The notes: generated by a model not told the origin, from the sequence alone. A stretch of 39,792 nucleotides of DNA from Candidatus Shapirobacteria bacterium (GCA_003542615.1 DPKG01000014.1:108802-148593); one strand, 5' to 3'; counted from the stretch's first letter, positions 10,124-19,396 are shown. Numbers and translations: made by a program.

Positions 10124-11413
10124 TTATTGAGTGTTTTGCCAGGATTTGGGGGTGAGTTGATAGTGGGCTCGCTGATTGATGTCGCTATTGGATTTGCCGG
10201 GGTCGATAGTGTCGCCGTTGGTGGAAGAAGGAGTTAGATCGTTTAAATTGTTGGCTTCGATGTCTTTTTGGGGAAAAAGTTGGAGCATACCGGTTTGTTG
10301 GGTTTCCAGGCCTTCTTTTAGTTCGGTGGGCATGTAGTAGTTTAGTTGGTATTTACCTTGATAAGTGACAGAATTTTTGAGTTCACCGTCGAAAAAAAGT
10401 TTGAAAAAACGAGCCAGGAAGCTGAGTGGATTGGGTTTGTCGGGAATGGGACTATTGATTTCAGTATTGCCATGGTCGAGTTGTTCGATTTGGGATTTGG
10501 CGGGGATGATTTGGGACATAACGTCGGAACCATTGCCGGCGGGGGCGGCGCCAAGAGGAATGGCGACAGTCTGACGATCGCAGTTGCTGGTATTGCCGGC
10601 GTCGTCGAGGTCGCAATTTTCGTAAATTACGCCATAGGAATTGGCTTCAACAGGTTCGATGGCGTATTTATAAAGTTGTTGATAGATATCATCAGGGGCA
10701 AAGTTAAAGTTGTGGGAGTTGAGAATGGATTTGGTCTTTGAAGGGATACCAACGGGAAGAGAGGCGGGAGTACAGTCCTGATTTGGGTCGTAAAAGTAGG
10801 AGTCATCATTTTTGAAATAAGCGGCGACTTCGCTGATGCGAATTTGGTGGGGGGCGGTGGCAATAATTATGTCGACAGTGGTGCCTTTGGGGTTTTGGAG
10901 GCTGTTGGCGGCCTGGATCATACGGCGGGAGATAAGACATTTTTCGACTTTGTAGGGAAGAGCGCGGCGAGCCATATTGGAGGCGCCGATGGGAGTGTTG
11001 GGATTGAGGGATTTGAAAGTTTTGGAGATTTCGTCTTTTGGAGCAAAAGGATTGGGAAATTTGTTGGCCAGATGGGAGAAAATTTGACGGAAACCAAGGT
11101 TGGTAAATTCAGCAATGTCTTTTTCCTGTTCGACTTTATTTATGGTCTGGTGGGCAAAGATGGTACTGCCGTCAGAGGTACCGATTTTGATAGGGTCGAA
11201 GCTTTGTAAAATGGGTGGTTGACGGGTGATTTTTTCGAGAGGTATGGTGTTGGGGTCGACCGGGAGATAGTTTTGGTCGCCGTCGTTGCCGGGATGGACT
11301 GGGTCGGCTTTGTCGATGATGATGGGCTCAAAGGCGTGGGAAGTGGAAATTTGAATCTGAATGACAGAAAAGAGAATTAGAAAAAATAGGAAAAATTTAG
11401 GTAATCTTGACAC
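10124..11413 (-). CDS. Secreted hypothetical protein
   Basis: GTG start with TAAAAT 6 nt upstream; signal peptide ending SHA; 4 Cys. Confidence 0.8.
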   Translation of the reverse strand: MSRLPKFFLFFLILFSVIQIQISTSHAFEPIIIDKADPVHPGNDGDQNYLPVDPNTIPLEKITRQPPILQSFDPIKIGTSDGSTIFAHQTINKVEQEKDIAEFTNLGFRQIFSHLANKFPNPFAPKDEISKTFKSLNPNTPIGASNMARRALPYKVEKCLISRRMIQAANSLQNPKGTTVDIIIATAPHQIRISEVAAYFKNDDSYFYDPNQDCTPASLPVGIPSKTKSILNSHNFNFAPDDIYQQLYKYAIEPVEANSYGVIYENCDLDDAGNTSNCDRQTVAIPLGAAPAGNGSDVMSQIIPAKSQIEQLDHGNTEINSPIPDKPNPLSFLARFFKLFFDGELKNSVTYQGKYQLNYYMPTELKEGLETQQTGMLQLFPQKDIEANNLNDLTPSSTNGDTIDPGKSNSDINQRAHYQLTPKSWQNTQ

Positions 11414-11448
11414 AATGTTATTTTACCTTAAATTTGTTTTTATATTGC

Positions 11449-11530
11449 TTGTAATCATAATTTTTCAATACTCACACCAATCCGTAGCTGCACGGGTTGT
11501 GGTTGCGTTTTGAAAAATTAGACTAATCAA
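11449..11530 (+). repeat. Hairpin repeat element, core type A, copy 2
   Basis: Core 11471-11507; arm tttttcaa/ttgaaaaa versus ttttttaa/ttaaaaaa in copy 1 (compensatory change). Confidence 0.8.
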
Positions 11531-11545
11531 AAATTTTTTTATTTA

Positions 11546-11944
11546 TTAGCCGGGAATGACGAAATTGGTGACGTTGATACCGGTGAATTGCTGAATAAAT
11601 CGAAGGATTAGCCAGGAAATTATGACACCGAGAAGGCCGACAAAGGCCATGGTCAGAGTAGAGCCGGCTTGGGCGACTCTTTTGGGATCATTGAGAGAAA
11701 ATAGATATTGGAAGGATCCGACTAAAAACATAACAAAGAAGACAATTCCGGCAATAAGAGAGATTACCTGGAGGATGTTATAAAAAAGACATTCAAAACC
11801 TTTGATGGTGGCGACGTCATTGTCGGGACCGGCGACGCATTTGGCGTTTTGAGAGGACCATTCTTCCTGGGCAGTTACCGGAGAGGGGGAGATGAGGAAA
11901 AATAAACCAGAAATTAGAATTGAGAGGAAAACAAAGTATTTCAT
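11546..11944 (-). CDS. VirB2/TrbC-like (T4SS_pilin) pilin with Cys pair
   Basis: Signal peptide, two TM helices flanking GSFQYLFSLNDPKRVAQA, LTMAFVGL. Confidence 0.75.
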   Translation of the reverse strand: MKYFVFLSILISGLFFLISPSPVTAQEEWSSQNAKCVAGPDNDVATIKGFECLFYNILQVISLIAGIVFFVMFLVGSFQYLFSLNDPKRVAQAGSTLTMAFVGLLGVIISWLILRFIQQFTGINVTNFVIPG

Positions 11945-11973
11945 GGTTTGATTATACTATACGCGTTTCACCT

Positions 11974-12048
11974 TAATTCTTGATATAAATTTTTTGATTG
12001 AAAAATAGCAATGAAGCTAAACAATCAAAAAATTATATCGGCGAATTA
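11974..12048 (+). repeat. Hairpin element, core type C, same scaffold as A/B
   Basis: taattc-tt-gatataaattttttgattg ... caatcaaaaaattatatc-ggc-gaatta. Confidence 0.6.
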
Positions 12049-12079
12049 GATAAAAATTATATTTACGGAAATTTTTTTG

Positions 12080-12112
12080 AAAACAAAAACCCCCCGAAGA
12101 GTCGGGGGGTTT
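12080..12112 (-). terminator. Intrinsic terminator of the pilin operon
   Basis: aaaccccccga-agag-tcggggggttt stem-loop; the A-run on + gives a U-tract on -; just downstream of the 12130 stop. Confidence 0.8.
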
Positions 12113-12129
12113 GAGGTTTTTGAAAGAAA

Positions 12130-12504
12130 TTAAGGTTGAAGGCTGGGAATTTCAAAGCTGAAGAGGTCAATTCCAAAGACAGCACCAATTAATTTCATAA
12201 TTGCGAAGGCAGCGAAAACAATGGCCAAACCGATGAGGGCATTGGTGATTTGGTTTCGAGCGGTTTCGACATTTTTTTGATCACCTTGGGACATAACCCA
12301 ACGGAGTCCTCCCCAGATGAGCATAAAAAAGAAAACAAGGGCAACAATCAGGAGAACTAAACTGATGGCACCGGAAACTAAGGAAGCCGGAGTTAAATTC
12401 TCAAGGGCGCTGAAATTGCCTTCAGCGGAAATGTTTATATCCTCGGCAAGTACGGGAGCGAAGGCAAACGCATAGAGGGTTTTGTCTTTTAGTTTTTGGA
12501 ACAT
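12130..12504 (-). CDS. VirB2/TrbC-like pilin
   Basis: GGLRWVMSQGDQKNVETARNQITNALIGLAIV family motif. Confidence 0.8.
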   Translation of the reverse strand: MFQKLKDKTLYAFAFAPVLAEDINISAEGNFSALENLTPASLVSGAISLVLLIVALVFFFMLIWGGLRWVMSQGDQKNVETARNQITNALIGLAIVFAAFAIMKLIGAVFGIDLFSFEIPSLQP

Positions 12505-12566
12505 ATTTATTCTATTTTTTGGTAAATTTATAAATTTGATTAATTTTAACAGAGAGTTTTAGAAAA

Positions 12567-12908
12567 TTAAAGAGTTGGTAAAGTAAATCTTAGTTGTTGA
12601 AGATCGGCAATACCAAAAACGGTGCCAAAAAGTTTGAGAATGGCATAGACAGAGAAAATGACGGTAATACCAACAAAAGCGTAGGTGAGTTCGGTTTTGG
12701 CGTCTGAGATTTTTTTGGAGTCGCCGTCGGAGGCAATGAAATGGTAACCGGCAAAAACAATGTGCCAAACGAAATAAAGAACACCAATAATCATGAAAAG
12801 AGTAAAGATGGTTTGGATGGCTTTGGATGTATAAGCAACGGGATTGGTAACCGAATCGTTATTGGGGAGGAGAGGATTGTTGATGACGGCTAAAATTGGT
12901 TTGATCAT
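12567..12908 (-). CDS. VirB2/TrbC-like pilin
   Basis: AGYHFIASDGDSKKISDAKTELTYAFVGI motif. Confidence 0.8.
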   Translation of the reverse strand: MIKPILAVINNPLLPNNDSVTNPVAYTSKAIQTIFTLFMIIGVLYFVWHIVFAGYHFIASDGDSKKISDAKTELTYAFVGITVIFSVYAILKLFGTVFGIADLQQLRFTLPTL

Positions 12909-12910
12909 AA

Positions 12911-13261
12911 TTAGAGACCCATATTACTAAATAAACTATTGAGGTCGAAAACATTGTTGATGCCGGCGATTTTGGCAAAAAGGGCAGAAATAGCGAGAGC
13001 CAAGATAACAATAGTTACGCCAAGAACACCTTCGGTGAGACGTTTTCGGGAGGTTTCGATGTTTTTGGGATCGCCGTTACTGGTGATAAAGGCATAACCG
13101 GCCAAAATAATTTGGATGGCAAAATAAATAAAAGCGACAATGGTGAGGATGCCGATGACTCGGCTGATGATGGTTTCGAGGCCGGTGGTAGGAGAACCGT
13201 ATTTGTTGGGTTCGATACCGGGACCGGTGATGTTGTAAGTGACGGCGTTGATGATTTTCAT
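12911..13261 (-). CDS. VirB2/TrbC-like pilin
   Basis: AGYAFITSNGDPKNIETSRKRLTEGVLGV motif. Confidence 0.8.
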   Translation of the reverse strand: MKIINAVTYNITGPGIEPNKYGSPTTGLETIISRVIGILTIVAFIYFAIQIILAGYAFITSNGDPKNIETSRKRLTEGVLGVTIVILALAISALFAKIAGINNVFDLNSLFSNMGL

Positions 13262-13591
13262 TTAAGGTCCGACTATTTCCGGATTTAAAATTTTAATGCC
13301 GGTGATGCGTTCGACGACACCGGTGAGAACAAAGGCGGAAGCGATGATAACCAGACCGATAAGGCTTTGCCAGATTTTGGCCCAGGCGGTTTCGGTTTTT
13401 TTGATGTCACCGTTGGCGGAGATATACATATAGCCGGCGGTGATGAACTGGATAACCATGATAATACCGGCAATGGTGCCGGTGAGTTTGAAAATATTGC
13501 TAAGAAAGAGGAAAAGTCCCTGACCTTGGGTACCGGCATTGAAGTAGGAGTTGTTGATTGGGGGAGCGATTTGTCCAAATATGCCTGCCAT
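13262..13591 (-). CDS. VirB2/TrbC-like pilin
   Basis: AGYMYISANGDIKKTETAWAKIWQSLIGL motif. Confidence 0.8.
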   Translation of the reverse strand: MAGIFGQIAPPINNSYFNAGTQGQGLFLFLSNIFKLTGTIAGIIMVIQFITAGYMYISANGDIKKTETAWAKIWQSLIGLVIIASAFVLTGVVERITGIKILNPEIVGP

Positions 13592-13921
13592 TTAAAGATT
13601 ACTGTTTAAAATATTTAGTCCGGTAATAACTTGGACTATTTGGATAATAAAATAGCTTAAAAAAACTATAGCAAATCCAATTAAGGTGTTGACGATGATT
13701 CCCTGGGCAGCTTGGGCCTTTTTGGGATCGCTTCCACCTGCGCCAATTATAAACATTAAACCGCCATAAATCAAAAAGATAAGAAGGATAAGTCCGGCAA
13801 CAGTAAAAGAATTTTTGAGGAGAATGGTAATAAGGGAGCCAGTGTTTTGGTATTGTTGGCCGAGGTTTTGATTACCCCAGGGGATAGCGTTGCCGATGTC
13901 AAAAGCTAAAACTGGTTTCAT
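13592..13921 (-). CDS. VirB2/TrbC-like pilin (start moved to MKPVLA)
   Basis: GGLMFIIGAGGSDPKKAQAAQGIIVNTLIGF motif; TATAAT 10 nt upstream of ATG 13921. Confidence 0.8.
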   Translation of the reverse strand: MKPVLAFDIGNAIPWGNQNLGQQYQNTGSLITILLKNSFTVAGLILLIFLIYGGLMFIIGAGGSDPKKAQAAQGIIVNTLIGFAIVFLSYFIIQIVQVITGLNILNSNL

Positions 13922-14004
13922 ATATAGAGAGATTATACAATAGATAGTGTAGGATTTAGGAAGAGAAGTTAAATATTTGTTATAATACGCCAAATTATTT
14001 ACTT

Positions 14005-14910
14005 ATGAAAAAAATAATCTGCCTATTGGTTTTGGTATTGTTGGGGACCGGAAGAGTAGAAGCTCAAACCTTTGAAGTAGAAAGGGATCTGACACCGACG
14101 GCCAGTGTGAGTGCCACTTTGGTACCGACTAAGGTAGAAGAGCCAAAAGGAAATATTACTGAACCGGGGAGTGAAGAAGCAAGTTATAGGTTGGAGGCGG
14201 TATTGAATAAACAGGAAGTGGGCGGTTGGAACGGGTTTAATACCATGAAAAAGATAGTGAGATTGGCGGTTGACAGAGGAGTATCGGCAAATACGATAGT
14301 AATAATTCTATTGTTGCCTTTGATAGCGACTCTGGTGGCGGTATTGCATTATATTTTTGGATTGTCGGGTTATGGAATTTTTACACCGACGATGGTGGGA
14401 GTGACATTTTTGGCGACCGGAATATTGGGAGGCCTGTTTTTGTTTGCTTTGATTTTGATAATTTCAATTGCGGGAGGGTTGTTTTTAAAAAGATTAAGAC
14501 TACATTTTTGGCCGGCCAGGTCGATTAATTTGTTGTTTATTTCATTAGGGACTTTTGGAATGATGATAGTGTCATCGTTTTTTAGTTTGATAAATTTGAC
14601 AAAAATTTCGATTTTTCCAATATTGTTTATGATAATTTTGGCGGAAGATTTTGTGAGAACTCAGTTGGTTAAGAGTAAAAGTGAAGCAAAAAGATTAACC
14701 TTGGGAACTTTGGTGTTGGCGATTTGTGGAGCTTTGATGATGAATATCAGAGTGGTACAGGAGATGGTGTTGTTGAATCCGGAGATAGTGGTACTGCTAG
14801 TATTAGTGATTAATATTTGGGTGGGGAATTACAGCGGAATTAGAATGTCGGAATTGAGCCGATTTAAAAAGGCGATCAGAGATCAGTCGAAACCGATTAG
14901 AAATAAATAA
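14005..14910 (+). CDS. 7TM protein of the 7TM_transglut type, lacking the transglutaminase domain
   Basis: LLLPLIATLV..GL..YGIFTP, SIFPILFMIILAEDF, GNYSGIRMSELSRF; signal peptide and Pro/Thr linker. Confidence 0.85.
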   Translation: MKKIICLLVLVLLGTGRVEAQTFEVERDLTPTASVSATLVPTKVEEPKGNITEPGSEEASYRLEAVLNKQEVGGWNGFNTMKKIVRLAVDRGVSANTIVIILLLPLIATLVAVLHYIFGLSGYGIFTPTMVGVTFLATGILGGLFLFALILIISIAGGLFLKRLRLHFWPARSINLLFISLGTFGMMIVSSFFSLINLTKISIFPILFMIILAEDFVRTQLVKSKSEAKRLTLGTLVLAICGALMMNIRVVQEMVLLNPEIVVLLVLVINIWVGNYSGIRMSELSRFKKAIRDQSKPIRNK

Positions 14911-14933
14911 AATTTTGGGAAATAAAAATATTT

Positions 14934-16265
14934 ATGTTGGGGATTAATTTAAAACAATACAGACAGTTTTTGACAATAAATGAGAGAAATAAGATGTATT
15001 TGAGAAGAAATTCGGTAAAAGGGAGACTGATAGCCGACAGTAAATGGAAAACAAAAAGGATTTTGGCCAAGGCGGGGGTGGGGGTGCCTAAAATGCTGAT
15101 AAAATTTAAGACGGTGACGGGGGTGGAAAAATACGACTGGAATAAACTGGATGGAAATTTTGTGGTTAAACCGGTGTCGGGATATGGCGGAGACGGAATA
15201 GTAATTGTGAGAAAAAGAGGAAAATGGGCAGGAGAATGGCAAAAAATGGATGGAGAGACGGTAACGACACATAATTTGAAAATGCACTGCAGGGAAATTT
15301 TGGCGGGAAAATATAGTTTGCACGGGATGCCGGATAGTGTTTTGGTAGAAGAAAGAATTAAAATTCATCCGATGTTTTTGAATTTAACTAAATCGGGAAC
15401 GCCGGATATTAGGGTAATTGTGTATAACAACATACCGGTGATGGCGATGTTGAGAGTGCCGACAGAGAAAAGCGGAGGGAAGGCAAATTTGCAACAAGGA
15501 GCTATAGGAATGGGAGTAGATATGGCGACGGGAATTACTACTTTTGCGATTATGGGTAAGGGAGAAGAGATAAAAAGGATTTATGACTTTAAAAAGAAAA
15601 AGAAAATTAAGGTAAACGGTATCAAAATTCCGATGTGGAAAGAAATTTTGGAGACGGCAGTGAGTTGTCAAAAAGCGATACCTGAGTTGGGATTTATGGG
15701 AGTGGATGTAGTGTTGGATAAAGATAAGGGACCAGAGGTGCTGGAAGTAAATCACAGGTCGGGATTGTCGATTCAAATATGCAATAAGGCAGGATTGAAA
15801 CAAAGGATTTTGAGAGTGGAGGGAATTCCGGTGAGGTCGGTAAACCATGCAATAACATTGTCGAGATATTTGTTTGGGGAAAGTTTTTTTGAGAAAGTTG
15901 AAGCTAAGGAGATGGCGAAGGTAGTCGAGCCTCTGGAAATAGTTAAGATTAAATTGGGGAAAGGTAAAAAAAATGTTAGGGAAGTAAGGGCGAAGGTGGA
16001 TACCGGGGCATTTCGGAGTTCGATTGATAGAAATTTGGCTTCTGAGCTGGGTTTGTTGGTTGAAAATAAGGTGTTATATTACAGACATTACCGATCGAGT
16101 TTGGGGAAGCATAAAGATAGGCCGGTGATAGGTTTGACTTTTTGGCTAAAAGGGAAAAAGGTGATTACGGCGGTAAATGTAGCTGACAGACACAAACTCA
16201 GAACTAAATTTTTATTGGGTAGAAAGGACTTGGAGGGTTTTTTGGTGACAGCAAGAAGGAGTTAA
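14934..16265 (+). CDS. Alpha-L-glutamate ligase-like ATP-grasp (ATPgrasp_ST type) fused to a retropepsin-like aspartic protease
   Basis: INERN, FVVKPVSGYGGDGI, PDIRVIV..PVMAMLRVPT..SGGKANLQQGA, LEVN; C-terminal KVDTGA..SSID and LLGR. Confidence 0.9.
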   Translation: MLGINLKQYRQFLTINERNKMYLRRNSVKGRLIADSKWKTKRILAKAGVGVPKMLIKFKTVTGVEKYDWNKLDGNFVVKPVSGYGGDGIVIVRKRGKWAGEWQKMDGETVTTHNLKMHCREILAGKYSLHGMPDSVLVEERIKIHPMFLNLTKSGTPDIRVIVYNNIPVMAMLRVPTEKSGGKANLQQGAIGMGVDMATGITTFAIMGKGEEIKRIYDFKKKKKIKVNGIKIPMWKEILETAVSCQKAIPELGFMGVDVVLDKDKGPEVLEVNHRSGLSIQICNKAGLKQRILRVEGIPVRSVNHAITLSRYLFGESFFEKVEAKEMAKVVEPLEIVKIKLGKGKKNVREVRAKVDTGAFRSSIDRNLASELGLLVENKVLYYRHYRSSLGKHKDRPVIGLTFWLKGKKVITAVNVADRHKLRTKFLLGRKDLEGFLVTARRS

Positions 16266-16283
16266 AATTTAATTTTAAAAAAT

Positions 16284-17306
16284 ATGATGACCAAGATAGC
16301 ATTATTTTATGGAGGGAAGATTACTAAGCATTTGGTGTTGGTGCGTCAGGCGGCTCGAGATATGGGAGTGGATTTGCAATTGATTTCTTATAATCAAGTT
16401 TGTTTTGACACCGAAAATGGGGAAATTAAAATAAGAACAAAATCCCTCGAAGAAGGAGATTGGGTGGATATAAATGGTTTTGATGTAGTGTTTTTTAGGA
16501 CAACGGGAAAACACGGAGAAGAGGTGGATTTGGTGGTGGAGGAGATAAGGAAGGGAGGCGGGAAGGCTGTAATAGTGGATCCGATAGTAAAATTTGGAAA
16601 ACCGAGTTATGCCTGTAAAGCCTGGCAAATGTTGAAGTTGAAGGAGGCGGGGATAGATGTGCCAAAAAGTGTTTACGGGAGTTTGTGGTATTTGTTTGAT
16701 TATATGAAGAATCAAGAGAATCTTTCTAGCAACAATTTTTCTTCGCTTCATGATCGTGATGTCATTGGGCTTCAGAAAAATATTGCTTCGAAAGATTCTG
16801 ACAATTCTCAATTTAATTTTCCGGTAATAATAAAGGGAAGTAGTGGAGACAGAGGGACAAGAGTATTTAAGGCTGATAATTTGGAGGAATTGGAGGAGTT
16901 GGTGAGAAATTTGAGAAAGTCGGAGACGGAGGAGGGGAAAAGATATATGTTGCAGGAATATATAGAAAACGATGGGGATTATAGAATATTGGTGTTGGGT
17001 AAAAAGGTGTTGGGGGTGATGAAAAGATCTTCACAAAGTAAAGATGAGTTTAAAAACAATTATAGTGTGGGCGGAAAGGTGGAAGTAGCAGATTTGCCGG
17101 AAGAGATTAAGCAGTTGGCGGTGAAGGCGGCTGAGGTGTGCGGGTTGTGGGTGGCGGGAGTGGATGTGGCTTTTCGTAATTTTGACAAATTAAGACCGGT
17201 AATTTGGGAGGTGAATAAAGGTCCTCAGTTTAAAGGGTTTATGGAAGCGACGGGGATTGATGTACCCAAAGAAATAGTTAAATTTTTAGTAAGTTTAAAA
17301 AAATGA
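16284..17306 (+). CDS. RimK/LysX-family ATP-grasp ligase with ~29-aa hairpin-derived insertion
   Basis: FPVIIKG, LQEYI..DGDYRILVLG, FKNNYSVGG, AGVDV, WEVNKGPQFKG. Confidence 0.9.
   Translation: MMTKIALFYGGKITKHLVLVRQAARDMGVDLQLISYNQVCFDTENGEIKIRTKSLEEGDWVDINGFDVVFFRTTGKHGEEVDLVVEEIRKGGGKAVIVDPIVKFGKPSYACKAWQMLKLKEAGIDVPKSVYGSLWYLFDYMKNQENLSSNNFSSLHDRDVIGLQKNIASKDSDNSQFNFPVIIKGSSGDRGTRVFKADNLEELEELVRNLRKSETEEGKRYMLQEYIENDGDYRILVLGKKVLGVMKRSSQSKDEFKNNYSVGGKVEVADLPEEIKQLAVKAAEVCGLWVAGVDVAFRNFDKLRPVIWEVNKGPQFKGFMEATGIDVPKEIVKFLVSLKK
16708..16808 (+). repeat. Hairpin repeat element, core type B, copy 1 (intragenic, in frame)
   Basis: Core gcttcatgatcgtgatgtcattgggctt at 16745-16772; arms agaatctttc/gaaagattct. 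Confidence 0.85.
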
Positions 17307-17309
17307 GAC

Positions 17310-17400
17310 TAATAAACAATCCTTGATAAATTTTTTCGAGCTTCATGATCGTGATGTCATTGGGCTTCGAAAAAACTTATCTGCGGATTGTCAATTATTA
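17310..17400 (+). repeat. Hairpin repeat element, core type B, copy 2
   Basis: Identical 28-nt core at 17340-17367; arms acaatcc/ggattgt and ttttttcga/tcgaaaaaa. Confidence 0.85.
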
Positions 17401-17494
17401 TAAGGATTATTATATATAGTATGACCAGAACCCCGATGCTTGTAGAAGGCTTTAAACGGGACGGCAAATTAATAATTTAATTTAAATAAATAAG

Positions 17495-18415
17495 ATGCGT
17501 AAAATATTAGTATTGACGATGAGTCAACAACAAAGTAATTATGAGGTTAGTCGATTGGAGGTGGAGGCAGGAAAAAAGGGGGTGGAGATAAATAGGGCGT
17601 TATATAAGGATTTGGAATTTAAATTGGAAAATGGGTTGACCGGAGCGTATGTTAAAGGAGAAAAAATTGAAGAGGAAAATTATGGGGCGGTATGGTTTAG
17701 AGTGGCCGGGACAAAAACAGGGAAATATATAGAAGCCAGAAATTTACTTATTCGGATTTTGAGAAATAAAAATATTTTTGTTACCAATGGACAGAGTTAT
17801 TTGGATTGGTCGAGAATGGGGAAAATATCGCAGTATGGGGTATTTGCTGAGAATGAAATTCCGGTGGTGCCGACCAGGATTTTTTATACAAAGGAACAGA
17901 TATTAAATAGTATGATGATGAGGGAAGCGGAATTGGGTTGGCCGGTGATTACTAAATTTGAAAGGGGGTATCAGGGAAAGAGTGTCAAAAAATTTAAATC
18001 AGAAGAGGAGGTAAGGGAATGGTTAAAGGATAAGGATGAAAAATGGCTGGGGACTTATTTGTGGCAAAGGTATTTACCCAGTAGATGGGATTTGAGGGTG
18101 ATAGTGTTGGGAGGGAAGGTGGTTGGGGCAATGAAGAGATCGGCCTTGGGCTCTGAATTTAGATCAAATTTTTCATTGGGAGGAAAGGTAGAAAAATGGG
18201 ATTTAAGCGAAGATGATGCAAGATTGGCGGAAAAAGTGGCGAGAGTGTGTAAGCTTGATTATTGCGGGGTGGATATTATGAAAGATTCTGTAGAGAAGAA
18301 TGCCAAAAGTTATATCTTGGAAGTAAACAGACAGTGTCAATTTAAGGGGTTTGAAGAGTCAACAGGAATAAATGTAGCCGGATTGGTAGTAGACATATTG
18401 AAAGAAAAGCTTTAA
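17495..18415 (+). CDS. RimK/LysX-family ATP-grasp ligase
   Basis: WPVITK..GYQGKSV, WQRYL...DLRVIVLGG, FRSNFSLGG, CGVDI, ILEVN..QFKG. Confidence 0.9.
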   Translation: MRKILVLTMSQQQSNYEVSRLEVEAGKKGVEINRALYKDLEFKLENGLTGAYVKGEKIEEENYGAVWFRVAGTKTGKYIEARNLLIRILRNKNIFVTNGQSYLDWSRMGKISQYGVFAENEIPVVPTRIFYTKEQILNSMMMREAELGWPVITKFERGYQGKSVKKFKSEEEVREWLKDKDEKWLGTYLWQRYLPSRWDLRVIVLGGKVVGAMKRSALGSEFRSNFSLGGKVEKWDLSEDDARLAEKVARVCKLDYCGVDIMKDSVEKNAKSYILEVNRQCQFKGFEESTGINVAGLVVDILKEKL

Positions 18416-18424
18416 TATTTTTGT

Positions 18425-19384
18425 ATGAAGCTTGGGAAAATAGTCGGATTTTTTGTTATGTCGATTTTGTTTGGCTTGATGACAGGGGAGGTTGGGGCAG
18501 TGGAGAGTTGTATGTGGTGTGGAACGAGTTGTATAGAAAGAGATCCAAATGTCAGATATAACTGTTTAAGTGTTGAACCACCGGAAGGAAAAGAGTGTTT
18601 GTTGCTTAATAATAGTTGTGTGATTAAAGAGGTGGCAAGTAAGGTAACACCAGTGATAAAACCGGTGGCGACAGGTGTGGTTGGTGAGGCGGGGGTGACT
18701 TGTATGTGGTGTGGAACAAATTGTATCGTTAAGGTCCCGAACGTGAGATATAACTGTGTTGATATTTTGCCTCCGGAGGGACAGGAATGTGTTGCAGTAA
18801 ATAATAGTTGTGTAATTAAGATGAGTAGGGTGACACCAGTGGTAAAGCCAGTGATTTCAGGTAGCGTCAGTTGTTTTAAGTGTCAAAACGGAGCTTTGCT
18901 TGGTCATAATTTGGGAAATGCAAATTGTGATGGTACCGTGGACAGGTCTGATTATGGATTTTGGAAAAATGAATTTATGCTTCAAAAACGGGGTTTGGTG
19001 GAAAATACGAAATTTATGGCTGATTTTAATTGTGACGGGAAGACGAATATGAGAGATTTTGCAATTTGGAAGGTGGGTTATTTGGTGTCAAGATTTAAAG
19101 CAGTGGTGACATCAGCAATTTCACCGGCAGCGAGCGGGGTGATAAAGAATCCGACAATAATTCCTAAAAATACTCCAATATCGACCCCAAAGATATTACC
19201 GGTGATAACTGAGGTGGTGAAAGTTCCGACGATAAGTCCAAAAATTATTCCCGGAGTTACTTGTGTACCAAGGCCGGATTGTTTGGACGCGGCAGTCCCC
19301 TGTAAATTAGTAGAGCCGGCGGATGGTTGGTGTCCTAAATCGATAGTTACAACAGGACCGGTTATAGATGTTAAAAATGATTAG
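18425..19384 (+). CDS. Secreted Cys-rich repeat protein with dockerin-like domain
   Basis: Signal peptide; two 6-Cys repeats; GNANCDG..D..W / ADFNCDG..DF..W duplicated Ca-binding loops; Pro/Thr linker. Confidence 0.8.
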   Translation: MKLGKIVGFFVMSILFGLMTGEVGAVESCMWCGTSCIERDPNVRYNCLSVEPPEGKECLLLNNSCVIKEVASKVTPVIKPVATGVVGEAGVTCMWCGTNCIVKVPNVRYNCVDILPPEGQECVAVNNSCVIKMSRVTPVVKPVISGSVSCFKCQNGALLGHNLGNANCDGTVDRSDYGFWKNEFMLQKRGLVENTKFMADFNCDGKTNMRDFAIWKVGYLVSRFKAVVTSAISPAASGVIKNPTIIPKNTPISTPKILPVITEVVKVPTISPKIIPGVTCVPRPDCLDAAVPCKLVEPADGWCPKSIVTTGPVIDVKND

Positions 19385-19396
19385 TTTTTTTTTAAA

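Noticed and set aside
18425-19384. Graspetide/RiPP precursor or c-type cytochrome
   Set aside because: Has a signal peptide and dockerin; CxxC motifs lack the following His; the adjacent ligases are RimK-like
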